From NCBI RefSeq assembly GCF_003334355.1, contig NZ_QOWP01000006.1: a stretch of 64,000 nt of DNA. One strand, 5' to 3'. The DNA is from Escherichia coli (lineage in GTDB: Bacteria > Pseudomonadota > Gammaproteobacteria > Enterobacterales > Enterobacteriaceae). A program made the position numbers and the translations under genes. The notes beneath the pieces are model-generated. The model was not told where the DNA came from, made no database searches, and saw only the letters and a list, made by a program, of their open reading frames with translations. Shown piece by piece: positions 46,748 through 59,882 of this stretch. Every line of letters begins with the position of its first letter. Positions within the stretch are counted from its first letter, which is position 1.

Positions 46748-46762
46748 AATTTTACGTTTTAA

Positions 46763-47110
46763 TCACTTCTTCTTGTTCATCATCGCTTTCAGGTCAGCGA
46801 ATGGGTTGTACTTCGCTTCACCGACATCTTTCTGCGCATCTTCCCCTGCGATAACGGTCGTACCATACTGATCCGCTTCGGTATATTTCGAATGCTCATG
46901 ATCGTGGCAATAGAGACACAACAATTCCCAGTTACTGCCATCTTCCGGGTTATTGGTATGGTCGTGATCAATGTGGTGAACGGTAAGTTCACGCAGGTTG
47001 GAATAAACAAACTCGCGGGAACAGCGACCGCAGACCCACGGATAGATTTTTAATGCTTTTTCGCGATAGCCGCTTTCTAACCGCGCATAGTTTTTTGGGA
47101 TGATAGCCAT
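46763..47110 (-). CDS. yajD: HNH-nuclease-family protein YajD
   Basis: 115 aa; Cys/His-rich HNH motif (CGRCSREF...HHIDHDHTNN...CLYCHDHEH). Confidence 0.9.
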   Translation of the reverse strand: MAIIPKNYARLESGYREKALKIYPWVCGRCSREFVYSNLRELTVHHIDHDHTNNPEDGSNWELLCLYCHDHEHSKYTEADQYGTTVIAGEDAQKDVGEAKYNPFADLKAMMNKKK

Positions 47111-47182
47111 GAAAAGTTACCTGGATGAAATGTAGGGTTACGCGCAGTTTCCCAAGATGCGGGGATTTTCGCAATCTCCATA

Positions 47183-47217
47183 CATCAAAAAAATCCCGAT
47201 CTTCTGACCGGGATTTT
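47183..47217 (-). terminator. secDF operon rho-independent terminator
   Basis: Minus strand AAAATCCCG-gtcagaagat-CGGGATTTT followed by TTTGATG (7 consecutive U). Confidence 0.65.
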
Positions 47218-47237
47218 CAACATCAACGGGAACTTGA

Positions 47238-48209
47238 TTACGGCAGAATTGACGGCTGATCCGCCCCTTCTTTTTCCACTTTCTGCTGCAACATGTGTTC
47301 GCGCTTCATACCCAGTTTCAGAGCCAACGCAGATGCCACATAGATGGAAGATGCAGTACCGATGGAAACACCGATAAGCATGGTCAGCGAGAAGCCTTCC
47401 AGTACCGGACCACCGAAGAGGTACAGCATCAGGATAACCATCAAGGTAGTACCGGATGTGATCAAGGTACGGTGCAGCGTCTGGGTCAAGGACACGTTAA
47501 AGATTTCGTAAGGCGTACCGCGACGGATCTTGCGGAAGTTTTCACGAATACGGTCCGATACCACGATACTGTCGTTAAGCGAGTAACCGATAACCGACAT
47601 CAACGATGCCACAATGGTCAGGTCAATCTCGATATGGAATAACGACAAAATACCCAGCGTAATGATAACGTCGTGCGCCAGCGCAATAACCACCCCTGCC
47701 GCCAGTCGCCACTCAAAGCGGAAACCTACGTACACGAGGATAGACAGCAGCGCTGCCATCAACGCCATCGCACCGGTTTGCGCAAGGTCTGCCCCCACGC
47801 TCGGACCGACGAACTCAATACGCTTCACTGCTGCATTCTGATTGGTGGATTCGTTAATCACCTTCAGAACCTGGCTGCCCAACACCTGACCGCCGGTTTC
47901 GCCTTCAGCAGGCGGCATACGGACCATGATGTCATGGCTGCTACCAAAGTTTTGCAGCATCGGCTCTTCAAAACCGGCTTTTTGCAATGCATCACGCATT
48001 ACGTCAATTTCAGCCGGTTTTTCGAGCGTAATTTCAATAACCGTACCACCGGTGAAATCCAGCCCCCAGTTAAAGCCGCGCACGCCCATAATAACGATAG
48101 CGGCGATTAACAGCAGACCAGAGATGCCGAAAGCCCAGTAGTCCCAGCGCATAAAGTCATAGACTTTACGGCCATGGTTTAGTTGTTCAACAGTATATTC
48201 CTGTGCCAC
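47238..48209 (-). CDS. secF: protein translocase subunit SecF
   Basis: ORF track 47238..48254; start placed at GTG (plus-strand CAC 48207-48209) to give the known N-terminus (M)[18 protein letters not shown], 323 aa. Confidence 0.93.
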
Positions 48210-48219
48210 ATCGCACTCC

Positions 48220-50067
48220 TCAGATTGACAGCTTCTTGACGCGCTTGCCGCCATATAGCAGGTTTACGATGGCACGCGTACCGACAATCGCGGTAAACAT
48301 CGACGTCGCCACACCGATACCGGTAGTAATCGCGAACCCTTTAATTGCCCCGGTACCCACTGCGTACAGGATGATGACTTTAATCAGCGTGGTGATGTTC
48401 GCATCGAAGATAGAACTGAATGCGCCACGATAACCTTCATCAATTGCCTGTTGAACAGTACGTCCGTTGCTCAACTCTTCTTTAATACGTTCGTTGATAA
48501 GTACGTTCGCATCGACCGCTACCGCAAGTGTTAAGACGATACCCGCGATACCTGGCATACTCAGCGTTGCGCCTGGCAACAGCGACATAATGCCGACGAT
48601 CAAGATCAAGTTGGCAATCAGAGCACTGGTCGCAATCAGACCAAATTTCTTATAGAAGATGATCATGAACAGAATAGAAACCAGCAGACCGGCAAGGCAA
48701 GCCTCCAGCCCCTGCTCAATGTTCTGCATACCCAGGGTCGGGCCAATGGTACGTTCTTCAACAATCTGAATCGGCGCGATCAACGCACCGGCACGCAGCA
48801 GCAGTGACAGCTGACGGGCTTCGTTCGGGTTGTTGATGCCGGTGATACGGAAGCTGTTACCCAGACGAGACTGGATGTTGGCGATGTTAATCACCTCTTC
48901 CTGTTTCACCAGAACCGCACGACCATTTGCATCTTTCTTACCGCTGTCTTTGTACTCCACAAACAGGGTTGCCATCGGTTTGCCGATGTTGTCCTTAGTG
49001 AAGTTAGACATGATGTTACCACCAGCGCTATCGAGCGAGATGTTAACCTGCGGTTGGTTGTATTCGTCCTGGCTGGAAGTGGAGTCGGTGATATGGTCAC
49101 CGGTCAGAATTACGCGTTTGTACAGCACAACTGGCTGACCTTCGCGGGTCTGTTTCACTTCAGAGTCGCCCGGTACGCGACCGGATGCCGCAGCGGCCTG
49201 GTCAACGTTGGTGTTTACCAGACGGAATTCCAGCGTTGCCGTCGCACCCAGAATCTCTTTCGCACGCGCAGTGTCCTGAATACCTGGCAGTTCAACAACG
49301 ATACGGTCAGCACCCTGACGCTGAACCACCGGCTCCGCCACGCCAAGTTGGTTTACACGGTTACGCAGGATATTGATGTTCTGCTGCACCGCATATTCAC
49401 GCGCTTCACTCAGACGAGCATCGCTCATTACCGCACGCAGCTGGTTGCTGCCCTGGCTACTAATCACCAGGTCCGGATGGCGCTTGCTCAGATACGCAAT
49501 GGCTTCATCACGAGCTTTAGCATCGCGGAAAGTAATGCTCAGGCCGTAGTTGTTTTCTTTACGAACGGTGGTATACGGGATGCCCTTTTCACGCAGATCG
49601 CTGCGCAGGCTATCGATATTTTGTTCCTGGAGTTTGCCAAGCGCGGTGTCCATATCCACTTCCATCAGGAAGTGAACGCCGCCACGCAGGTCAAGGCCGA
49701 GCTTCATCGGCTCAGCGTGAATAGCTGCCAGCCAGCGCGGCGTTGCCGGGGCAAGGTTAAGCGCCACGACGTATTTGTCACCCATAACGCCCATTAATGC
49801 TTCACGAGCGCGCAGCTGGGTGTCAGTGGAGTCGAAGCGCGCAAGAATAACGCCCTCTTCCAGTGCCACAGACTTAGCAGTTATTTTTTCTTCTTGTAAC
49901 GTTTTCTGGACCTGGATCAGCGTTTGCTCACTGGCGGCGACTCCGCGCGCACCAGTGATCTGAACAGCCGGATCCTCACCAAACAGGTTGGGAAGCGCAT
50001 ACAGCAGACCGATGACAATCACCACGATCAGCATGACGTACTTCCACAAAGGATAACGGTTTAACAC
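48220..50067 (-). CDS. secD: protein translocase subunit SecD
   Basis: 615 aa, [37 protein letters not shown]... Confidence 0.98.
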   Translation of the reverse strand: MLNRYPLWKYVMLIVVIVIGLLYALPNLFGEDPAVQITGARGVAASEQTLIQVQKTLQEEKITAKSVALEEGVILARFDSTDTQLRAREALMGVMGDKYVVALNLAPATPRWLAAIHAEPMKLGLDLRGGVHFLMEVDMDTALGKLQEQNIDSLRSDLREKGIPYTTVRKENNYGLSITFRDAKARDEAIAYLSKRHPDLVISSQGSNQLRAVMSDARLSEAREYAVQQNINILRNRVNQLGVAEPVVQRQGADRIVVELPGIQDTARAKEILGATATLEFRLVNTNVDQAAAASGRVPGDSEVKQTREGQPVVLYKRVILTGDHITDSTSSQDEYNQPQVNISLDSAGGNIMSNFTKDNIGKPMATLFVEYKDSGKKDANGRAVLVKQEEVINIANIQSRLGNSFRITGINNPNEARQLSLLLRAGALIAPIQIVEERTIGPTLGMQNIEQGLEACLAGLLVSILFMIIFYKKFGLIATSALIANLILIVGIMSLLPGATLSMPGIAGIVLTLAVAVDANVLINERIKEELSNGRTVQQAIDEGYRGAFSSIFDANITTLIKVIILYAVGTGAIKGFAITTGIGVATSMFTAIVGTRAIVNLLYGGKRVKKLSI

Positions 50068-50094
50068 GGCAATTCCCTTAGGGAAAAATTTTAA

Positions 50095-50427
50095 TTACAG
50101 CGCCTTCATGGTGCCTTTCGGCAGGACGGCAGCTACGAAGTCACGTTTAATAACTACTTCAGTGGTGTCATTCAGCGCGATAGCAATGTAGCCGTTTTCC
50201 GCTACTTTGGTTACGCGACCAACCAGGCCACCGTTCGTCAGAACTTCATCACCTTTGGCAATGGAGTCCATCAGCTTTTTGTGTTCTTTGGTGCGCTTCT
50301 GCTGTGGACGCAGGATCATGAAATAGAAAATCAGACCGAATACCACCAGCATCAAAATCAAAGACATCGGGCTACCTTGCGCCGGTGCACCCGTTGCCGC
50401 TACCGCATCAGAAATAAAAAAGCTCAT
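50095..50427 (-). CDS. yajC: Sec translocon accessory subunit YajC
   Basis: ORF track 50095..50457 trimmed to ATG 50427 (110 aa, MSFFISDAVAATGAPAQG...). Confidence 0.93.
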   Translation of the reverse strand: MSFFISDAVAATGAPAQGSPMSLILMLVVFGLIFYFMILRPQQKRTKEHKKLMDSIAKGDEVLTNGGLVGRVTKVAENGYIAIALNDTTEVVIKRDFVAAVLPKGTMKAL

Positions 50428-50449
50428 TAAATTTCCCTCATTATTAATA

Positions 50450-51592
<1,143 letters not shown>

Positions 51593-51632
51593 TCAGAAAA
51601 ACAGTCCAACGTTTTAAACCAGCGCCGCGGAA

Positions 51633-52703
51633 TTACTCCCCGACGCGCTCATTAATTGCCTGCGGATTGTACGTGATAAACATCGCATCACCGTAACTAA
51701 AAAAGCGATATTTCTCTTCTACCGCTGCTTTATAGGCGTTCATGGTGTGTTGATAACCGGCAAAGGCCGAAACCAGCATAATCAGCGTCGACTCTGGCAA
51801 GTGGAAGTTCGTCACCAGCGCATCGACCACTTTGTACTGGAAGCCCGGATAGATAAAGATTTGGGTATCGTCGAAGAACGGTTCAATGAGATCGTTTTTC
51901 GCTGCCTGAGCCGCGCTTTCCAGCGAACGTACTGAAGTGGTGCCAACCGCAATCACCCGGTTACCGCGCGCTTTCGCCGCCAGTACCGCGTCTACCACAT
52001 CCTGCGGTACTTCAGCGTATTCCGAGTGCATGATGTGATCTTCAATGGTGTCGACGCGCACCGGCTGGAAGGTGCCCGCACCAACGTGCAACGTCACAAA
52101 CGCCATCTCCACGCCTTTGGCGCGCAATTTTTCCAGCAAAGGCTCGTCAAAATGCAGACCTGCGGTCGGGGCTGCAACCGCGCCCGGTTTTTCGCTATAA
52201 ACGGTTTGATAAAGTTCGCGGTCAGCGTCTTCGTCCGGACGGTCGATATACGGCGGCAGCGGCATATGGCCGATGCTGTTGAGAATATCCAGCACCGAGC
52301 GTTCATCATTAAATTCGACTTCAAACAGTGCGCCGTGGCGCGCGGTCATTGTTGCGTTAATACTTTCGTCATCGCCCAGCAGCAGTTCTGCGCCAGGTTT
52401 TGGCGCTTTCGAGGCGCGAATATGCGCAAGAATGCGTTTGTCGTCGAGCATCCGTTCAACCAGCACTTCAATCTTGCCGCCGCTGGCTTTACGCCCAAAC
52501 AGGCGCGCCGGGATCACGCGGGTATTATTAAAAACCAGAAGATCGCCGGGGTTGAGCTTATCAAGTAAATCGGTGAAAGTACCGTGCGTCAGCGCGCCCG
52601 TCGGCCCGTCCAGCGACAGTAAACGACAGCTACTGCGTTCAGGCATGGGATAGTGGGCAATCAGGGATTCGGGCAATTCAAAGGAGAAATCGGTAACGCG
52701 CAT
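51633..52703 (-). CDS. queA: S-adenosylmethionine:tRNA ribosyltransferase-isomerase
   Basis: 356 aa, [29 protein letters not shown]... Confidence 0.98.
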
Positions 52704-52795
52704 GACACTGACTCAGACTAAAATAAGAGGCGGGTAGTCTAGTGCCGGGGCGCTCTCCCTGCAACCTTTACCCCCTTTTGGATAGAATATAATCG

Positions 52796-53377
52796 ATGAA
52801 TTTTTTAGCTCACCTGCATTTAGCCCATCTCGCGGAAAGCTCGCTTTCCGGCAATTTACTGGCTGATTTCGTACGCGGAAATCCTGAAGAAAGTTTTCCG
52901 CCCGACGTCGTGGCTGGCATTCATATGCATCGACGTATCGACGTATTGACTGACAATCTGCCGGAAGTCCGCGAAGCACGGGAGTGGTTTCGTAGTGAAA
53001 CGCGCCGCGTTGCGCCTATTACGCTGGATGTCATGTGGGATCACTTTCTTTCCCGCCACTGGTCGCAGCTGTCGCCGGACTTTCCGCTACAGGAATTTGT
53101 CTGTTATGCCCGCGAGCAAGTGATGACGATTTTGCCGGACTCACCGCCACGTTTTATCAATCTGAACAATTACTTGTGGTCAGAGCAGTGGCTGGTGCGC
53201 TATCGCGATATGGATTTCATCCAGAACGTGTTAAACGGCATGGCAAGCCGCCGCCCACGTCTGGATGCCCTGCGTGACTCCTGGTACGATTTAGACGCTC
53301 ATTATGACGCCCTCGAAACCCGCTTCTGGCAGTTTTATCCGCGGATGATGGCGCAGGCGTCACGCAAGGCGTTATAA
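52796..53377 (+). CDS. acpH: acyl carrier protein phosphodiesterase (YajB)
   Basis: 193 aa, [25 protein letters not shown]... Confidence 0.95.
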   Translation: MNFLAHLHLAHLAESSLSGNLLADFVRGNPEESFPPDVVAGIHMHRRIDVLTDNLPEVREAREWFRSETRRVAPITLDVMWDHFLSRHWSQLSPDFPLQEFVCYAREQVMTILPDSPPRFINLNNYLWSEQWLVRYRDMDFIQNVLNGMASRRPRLDALRDSWYDLDAHYDALETRFWQFYPRMMAQASRKAL

Positions 53378-53381
53378 AACG

Positions 53382-55196
53382 TTAGTTCATCCATACCGTA
53401 GCCGAAATGGCAGGCAAAGCCAGAATCCCGTCAGTCAGTTGCCCATGCCCTTCTTTGCATTGCCATTGCACGGCATTGAGAAACGGTGACGCGGGTAGCA
53501 CCACTTCACAGGCCTCGCCACGGTTGATTGCCACCAGTACACGTTGCTGATTCAGCACGCGGACAAATACCACCACGTTATCTTCCGCATACAGCACCTG
53601 ACAGCCGCCATGACGTAGCGCCTGACTTTTCTTACGCAGCGCAATCATTCGCTGGTACAGCGCGAATAACGCCGTATCCTGCTTTTCCACCTGCCAGGGG
53701 AACGGTTTACGGCAAAACGGATCGTTTTTGCCATCCAGTCCTACTTCATCACCGTAATAAATGCACGGTACACCAGGCCAGGTGAACAGCCAGACCACCG
53801 CCAGCGGCAGGCGCGCAATATCCCGACCGAGCAGCGTTTTAAATCGCGCAGTATCGTGGCTGTCGAGCTGATTAAACATACGTAATTGTTGTTGATGAGA
53901 AAGCCCTGCGCGGTAATTATCCATCCAGGCCATACAGGTTTGGGCATCAATTTGCTGCGGATCGTAAGAGATATCGGTATTGGCAAGAAATCCCCACAAC
54001 GGGAATGTGAAGCCACGATAGTTCATGGCGGCATCTTCCACATCGGCCTGTAACCATTGCCGTGCATCGCCAAAATGTTCGCCGACAATATACGCTTCCG
54101 GCTGGGTTTCTTTCGCCGCTTCGGTGATCCCGGCAACGTGCTGCATATTATTGCGCGCCCCACCCGCCTCCCCCAGCATATGCACCACATCCAGCCGCCA
54201 GCCGTCCATATTCCACGGCGCTTTCAGCCAGTGGCGGACAATACTGTCTTCCCCGCGATAAATTTCATTCACCAGACTTTCCGACTGATAATCCAGCTTC
54301 GGCAAGCTGGCATAGCCAAGCCAGTCGAGCGCCGTGCCATCATCACTAAACGAGTACCAGTCGCGCCAGGGCGATTCGGGGTTGTGACAAGCACCACCCG
54401 TGCCACGATTATGCCTGTCAAACCAGGCATGGGAATCGCCACTGTGGTTAAACACGCCGTCCAGCACCAGCCGCATTCCCAGCTGCTGCGTATTGTGTCG
54501 CAAACGCAGCAACGCCCCATCACCGCCAAACTGCGGATCGACATGGCGATAATCCTCGGTATCGTATTTATGTACGCTGGGAGCTTTAAACACCGGATTG
54601 AGATACAGCGCCGTCACGCCAAGTTTTTTCAGATACGGCAGTTTTTCGCTTATCCCGTCCAGATCGCCGCCATAGAACGTTGATCCGCCCGCCTGCGCCG
54701 TGACCGGTTCATCCCAGTCACGCAATATGATCTCTTGTCCGGCTGCGTGATGGTAATAGACATGATCCTGTTCAGCTTCACGAGGAAGACTACGGGCGAA
54801 ACGATCAGGGAAGATCTGATAAAAAATCTGATCCGCAGCCCATTGTGGGCCGATATCCGGTACATCAACGGCAAACTGCTCCAGTCGTGCCGGCGGCATT
54901 CGGCTGAAGCCCTGCGGTGTAAACCAACGCTGGCGATCGTGCCAAAGCAATTTGAAACTATAACGCCGCCGGGGTTGTCCGCTGGAGAGATCGATCGCCG
55001 CCCGCCATGCGGTGACGCCTGGCTGCGGCTGACTGCGCTGCTTATGCATCGGTACTGACATTTCTTCGTTATCGTGTTCTGTACGCAGCATAATGCGCTG
55101 CGGTGGGTCTTCGCCCGTCAGCCACAGTGTAATGAGCAGTTGATCTTTGCTTTGTTTAACAAATGGGGGCACCGGCAGGTGCCATGCATTTAACAT
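53382..55196 (-). CDS. malZ: maltodextrin glucosidase
   Basis: ORF track 53382..55199, second ATG 55196 gives 604 aa ([15 protein letters not shown]...); GH13 alpha-amylase family. Confidence 0.95.
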
Positions 55197-55354
55197 CATA
55201 ATTCCCCTGTGATGAAAATCTGATCACCTTGCCATAGCCTAATGCAGGATCACTCATCATCTGAAGGATATTTGGGGGAGGAGGACGGGGGCGGATAACT
55301 TTCGGAATAGCCGGATCAGGATTTCCTCCTGAACCGGCTTACAGAACGCAAGGA

Positions 55355-56728
55355 TTACTGGTTTTCAGCCAGCTGACGATCGTGGCGGCGTTTAAACATC
55401 CAGCCAATCAACAGCACAACAATCCACGCGAAACCGACATACAGCGAGATACGCGTATCCGGGTGATAACCAATCAACCCGATAATAAAGAGCAGGAAAA
55501 TCAGCCCGCCGATGGTCGTTGCTACCCCACCCGGCACTTTAAATTTCAGCGCCTTAACTTCTTCTGGCGGCAAACGGCGACGGAAGGCAATTTGCGACAG
55601 CAGGATCATAATCCACACCCACACCGTGGCGAAGGTTGCCAGCGAAGCGATCACCAGGAAGACGTTTTCCGGCATGATGTAGTTCAGATACACCGCAAAC
55701 AGCAGCGCGGTAGTCATCACCAGCACCGTAACCCACGGAATACCGCGACGCGACGTTTTGCTGAAAATTTTCGGCGCGCTGCCCTGCTCTGCCATACCGT
55801 GGAGCATACGGCCTACGCCAAATACATCACTGTTAATTGCCGACAGCGAAGCAGTCAGCACAACAAAGTTAAGAATGCTGGCGGCAAAGGTAATGCCCAT
55901 ATGCTGGAACGTCAGCACGAACGGGCTACCGGCAGTGCCAACCTGATTCCACGGGTAGATAGACATAATGACGAACAGCGTACCGACGTAGAACACCAGA
56001 ATACGCATCGGCACGGAGTTAATCGCACGCGGTATCGATTTCTCAGGATCTTTCGCTTCACCGGCGGTAATCCCGATAATTTCGATCCCACCGTAAGCAA
56101 ACATCACCATTTGCAACGACATTACCATGCCAAGCCAGCCGTTACTGAAGAAGCCGCCGTTGCTCCACAGGTTATGAATACCGGTCGGTTGCCCGCCGTT
56201 GCCAATCCCCCAGATGATGATGCCGAAACCGGCGACAATCATGATGATGATGGTGGCGACTTTAAAGAACGAGAACCAGAATTCCAGCTCACCGAATACC
56301 TTCACGCTCATCAGGTTTACGGCGCAAATGATCAGCACCACGCTCAGTACCCAAATCCAGTGCGGCACCGTCGGGAACCAGACACCCATATAGATACCAA
56401 AAGCGGTCACATCGGCGATGGCGACAATAAGGATTTCAAAGCAGTAGGTCCAGCCGGTAATGTAACCTGCCAGCGGGCCGAGGTTTTCCTGCGCATAACG
56501 CGAGAAAGAGCTGGCGGCCGGGTTATGTACCGACATTTCCCCCAGCGCACGCATAATGATATACGCCGCGATACCACCGATAATATAGGCCAACAACACG
56601 CTCGGACCGGCCATTTTGATGGCGTCTGCCGAACCGTAAAACAGCCCGGTGCCAATTGCTGAACCCAGTGCCATAAAGCGTATGTGGCGGGTACTTAGCC
56701 CACGCTTTAGCTTGTTCTTACTTTCCAT
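55355..56728 (-). CDS. proY: APC-family amino acid permease ProY
   Basis: ORF track 55355..56731, second ATG 56728 gives 457 aa ([32 protein letters not shown]...). Confidence 0.95.
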   Translation of the reverse strand: MESKNKLKRGLSTRHIRFMALGSAIGTGLFYGSADAIKMAGPSVLLAYIIGGIAAYIIMRALGEMSVHNPAASSFSRYAQENLGPLAGYITGWTYCFEILIVAIADVTAFGIYMGVWFPTVPHWIWVLSVVLIICAVNLMSVKVFGELEFWFSFFKVATIIIMIVAGFGIIIWGIGNGGQPTGIHNLWSNGGFFSNGWLGMVMSLQMVMFAYGGIEIIGITAGEAKDPEKSIPRAINSVPMRILVFYVGTLFVIMSIYPWNQVGTAGSPFVLTFQHMGITFAASILNFVVLTASLSAINSDVFGVGRMLHGMAEQGSAPKIFSKTSRRGIPWVTVLVMTTALLFAVYLNYIMPENVFLVIASLATFATVWVWIMILLSQIAFRRRLPPEEVKALKFKVPGGVATTIGGLIFLLFIIGLIGYHPDTRISLYVGFAWIVVLLIGWMFKRRHDRQLAENQ

Positions 56729-56749
56729 CAATTCCTAACCCATCAACAC

Positions 56750-56784
56750 AATAAAAAACCACGGGGCATCGCAGCCCCGTGGTT
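56750..56784 (-). terminator. brnQ rho-independent terminator
   Basis: Minus strand AACCACGGGG-ctgcgatg-CCCCGTGGTT (10-bp perfect stem) followed by TTTTTATTG. Confidence 0.7.
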
Positions 56785-56803
56785 AAAACAAATGTTCAGT
56801 GAT

Positions 56804-58123
56804 TTAGTGAGCGCTGGAGGTCACCTGACGACCTGCCGCGCGATCCCAGATAATGGCCAGAACCACCATCACCACTGTTGGCATTAACCACGCCAGACCT
56901 TGTTCGGCCAGCGGTAAACGCTGCGCCCAGGACGGTAAGATATCGCTGAATGCAGATGCTTTGATCCCGTCGAGAATACCAAAAAGCAGGCTGATAAACA
57001 TCGGCGGAGCAATCACGCGGGACGAATTATGCCACCATGAGCGTGTAAAACTTAATACAACCAGTGCGATACACGGCGGATAAATAGCGGTCAGCACCGG
57101 TACGGAGATCTGGATCAGCTGGCTTAAGCCGAGGTTAGAAACCACCATCGAGAAGCCGCCGAGGATAAACACCAGCGTACGATAAGAGAGCGGTACGTAC
57201 TGGGCAAAGAATTCTGCACAAGCACAGGTCAGGCCAACTGCCGTTACCAGGCAGGCGATGAAGATTAACGCCGCCAGCAGGAAGCTACCGCCGCCGCCAA
57301 AGGTGTGCTGAACGTAAGCATGCAGAATAGCAGCGCCGTTTGCAGACTGATCGACCAGCGACGCGCTGTCTGACCCCAGACGGAACAGCGCCAGGTACAG
57401 CAGAGTCAGACCAACACCCGCCATCAGGCCAGCCCAGACGGTATAACGGGTCAGCAGACGCGCTTCGGTAACGCCACGAGAACGCGCCGCGTTAACAATA
57501 ACGATACCAAACACCATTGCGCCCAGCGTATCCATGGTCAGATAGCCGTTAACGAAGCCGTTAGAAAACGCAGCGTTTTGATAAGCCTCAGTCGCCGTGC
57601 TGATAGAACCCGCCGGCCAGACAATAGCGGCAACAGACAGGATGACCAGCGCGATAATTTTCAGCGGCGCAAGGAAGTTGCCCACGGTATCCAGCAGCTT
57701 GCCCGGATAGAGCGAAACCAGAATAACGATAGCGAAATAGACCAGGCTGTAGATAAACAGCGGCAGCGCGGAATCACCCGTCAGCGGCGCAATCCCCACT
57801 TCAAAGGAAACGGTAGCTGTACGCGGCGTAGCGAAAAGCGGCCCCACCGCCAGGTAACAAACCGTTGCCAGCAGTACGCCAGCGACTTTACCGATTGGCG
57901 TGCTGAGGCTGTCAACACCGCCGCCAACTTTTGCCAGCGCCACTACCGTTAATACCGGCAGGCCAACGGCAGTAATGAGGAAGCCGAATGCCGCAGTCCA
58001 GACGTGTTCGCCTGCCTGTAAGCCGACCATTGGAGGGAAAATAATGTTACCTGCGCCGACGAACAACGCAAATGTCATAAAGCCCAGAGCGATGATATCG
58101 CGCGATCTTAATTGATGGGTCAT
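56804..58123 (-). CDS. brnQ: branched-chain amino acid transporter BrnQ (LIVCS family)
   Basis: 439 aa, [34 protein letters not shown]... Confidence 0.97.
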   Translation of the reverse strand: MTHQLRSRDIIALGFMTFALFVGAGNIIFPPMVGLQAGEHVWTAAFGFLITAVGLPVLTVVALAKVGGGVDSLSTPIGKVAGVLLATVCYLAVGPLFATPRTATVSFEVGIAPLTGDSALPLFIYSLVYFAIVILVSLYPGKLLDTVGNFLAPLKIIALVILSVAAIVWPAGSISTATEAYQNAAFSNGFVNGYLTMDTLGAMVFGIVIVNAARSRGVTEARLLTRYTVWAGLMAGVGLTLLYLALFRLGSDSASLVDQSANGAAILHAYVQHTFGGGGSFLLAALIFIACLVTAVGLTCACAEFFAQYVPLSYRTLVFILGGFSMVVSNLGLSQLIQISVPVLTAIYPPCIALVVLSFTRSWWHNSSRVIAPPMFISLLFGILDGIKASAFSDILPSWAQRLPLAEQGLAWLMPTVVMVVLAIIWDRAAGRQVTSSAH

Positions 58124-58472
58124 AAATCATACTGCCTGTGGATGTGGTGTTGTAACGTTAAATTTTTGTGCCAATCCCTGGGGATGATACAGCGGTATAT
58201 TTAAACAATTTTAGCGGGAAATACTCCCAACCAGGCGCGGCGAAGAATAGTTTTTCGATTTACCGCGTTAATGCAGTCAGTATGACAGCACCTGAAGCGC
58301 AATTTAAACGCTTATAACGTTTTAAAGCAAGGAGGGATCTAAAAACCAGAGGTATATAGCGATAAGAAATCACCAACCAGTATAAAACACTATTTCCGTG
58401 AAAAAGACATGGCTAATCATGCGAACAAAAAATCACCAACCGTTGTAAAATCTAACGCCCGTATTTTGACTG

Positions 58473-58504
58473 CAAAGAAAATAAGCCAGCATCGACTGGC
58501 TTAT
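58473..58504 (-). terminator. phoBR terminator
   Basis: Minus strand ATAAGCCAG-tcgatg-CTGGCTTAT followed by TTTCTTTG. Confidence 0.55.
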
Positions 58505-58529
58505 GGCAATAAAAGATGACAAAGGCGGA

Positions 58530-59825
58530 TTAATCGCTGTTTTTGGCAATTAAACGTTCCGGGATAACAAAACTGAAACGTGTTCCTTTTCCTACTGTAC
58601 TCTCAATATTCAGGCGACTTTCGTGATGATTCACAGCATGTTTCACGATCGCTAACCCTAATCCGCTACCGCCGGTTTGCCGGGAACGCGCTTTATCAAC
58701 GCGATAAAAACGCTCGGTCAGGCGCGGAATATGCTCCGGTGCAATGCCCGGTCCGTTATCTTCAACGCTAAATTCGGCACCGTGCGGCACTCGCTGCCAG
58801 CGTACGGTGATATGCGTGCCTTCCGGCGTATGATTCACGGCGTTATAGACCAGGTTCGAAATCGCACTGCGTAGCTGATCTTCGTTGCCAGACACCTTGA
58901 GGCCGTTATCTATCTCAAAGGTAAATGTCTGTTTTTTCTGACTCAGAGTCTGAGCCTCGCGCTCAACAACGCGCAGCATCATCGGCACATCAACCTTTTC
59001 ATTGAGCAAATGCGTCGGTGCGGCTTCTATTTTCGACAGCGTCAGCAATTGCTTCACCAGTCCTTCCATCCGCTGGGTCTGCTCGCGCATGGTGTGCAAC
59101 GCTTTTTCGCGTACCGCGCCTTCCAGCGGCTGCTCATTCATCATCTCCAGGTAACCCTGTAACACGGTCAATGGCGTACGTAACTCATGGCTCACGTTGG
59201 CAAAAAAGTTACGCCGCGCCCCTTCCAGTTGATGCATTTGCGTGACATCACGCGCCACCATCAGCAACTGTTTGTGGGTATAAGGCATGACGCGAATTTC
59301 CAGATGCCGCCCGGTGTTGAGCACCAGATTGAGCGGGCGAGAAAAATCACGCGTTTTCAGATATTGCGTAAACTCCGGGTAACGCAGTAGGTTAAGGATG
59401 TTCTGCCCGTTATCTTCCGGCCAGCGCAAACCAAGAATTTGTTGCGCCAGACCGTTACACCAGAAAATACCGCCCTCTTCCGTGGTCAGCACCACCGCGT
59501 CGGGCAGCGACTCCGCGCCGCTACGAAAGCGTTTAATCAGATTGCCCAGTTCACGGCGGCGTTTTTTATTTCGCAGCTGCATCTGGTGTAAGCCGTATAG
59601 TAGCGGTTCCCAGCTACCACGCCCCGGTGGCGGGGTCATACTGCGATCCACCCACAGCCACCATGAAAGGCGCAATAAATTCCAGAAATGCCAGATAAGC
59701 AGTCCTGTTACCGATGCCAGCAAAAACCAGGGCAGGTAACCAAAAAATGCACCCAGGATGAAAGCCGGGAGGCAGCAAAGTAGCAGCTCCAGCACCAGCC
59801 TTTTCCACGACAGCCGTTCCAGCAC
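58530..59825 (-). CDS. phoR: phosphate-regulon sensor histidine kinase PhoR
   Basis: 431 aa; HisKA H-box SHELRTPLT; HATPase N/G boxes; directly downstream of phoB. Confidence 0.98.
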   Translation of the reverse strand: MLERLSWKRLVLELLLCCLPAFILGAFFGYLPWFLLASVTGLLIWHFWNLLRLSWWLWVDRSMTPPPGRGSWEPLLYGLHQMQLRNKKRRRELGNLIKRFRSGAESLPDAVVLTTEEGGIFWCNGLAQQILGLRWPEDNGQNILNLLRYPEFTQYLKTRDFSRPLNLVLNTGRHLEIRVMPYTHKQLLMVARDVTQMHQLEGARRNFFANVSHELRTPLTVLQGYLEMMNEQPLEGAVREKALHTMREQTQRMEGLVKQLLTLSKIEAAPTHLLNEKVDVPMMLRVVEREAQTLSQKKQTFTFEIDNGLKVSGNEDQLRSAISNLVYNAVNHTPEGTHITVRWQRVPHGAEFSVEDNGPGIAPEHIPRLTERFYRVDKARSRQTGGSGLGLAIVKHAVNHHESRLNIESTVGKGTRFSFVIPERLIAKNSD

Positions 59826-59882
59826 GTAAGATACTCCAGTTAAGAAATCATAAGCCCTGCTCTGCGTCCGATGAGCAAGGCG

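Noticed and set aside
58409-58519. 36-codon plus-strand ORF (MANHANKKSPTVVKSNARILTAKKISQHRLAYGNKR) in the phoR-brnQ spacer, overlapping the second direct repeat
   Set aside because: Weak ribosome-binding context, overlaps the phoR terminator hairpin, AT-rich lysine-heavy composition typical of random intergenic ORFs; the first repeat copy lies outside it with no in-frame start. Kept only as context for the direct-repeat finding.
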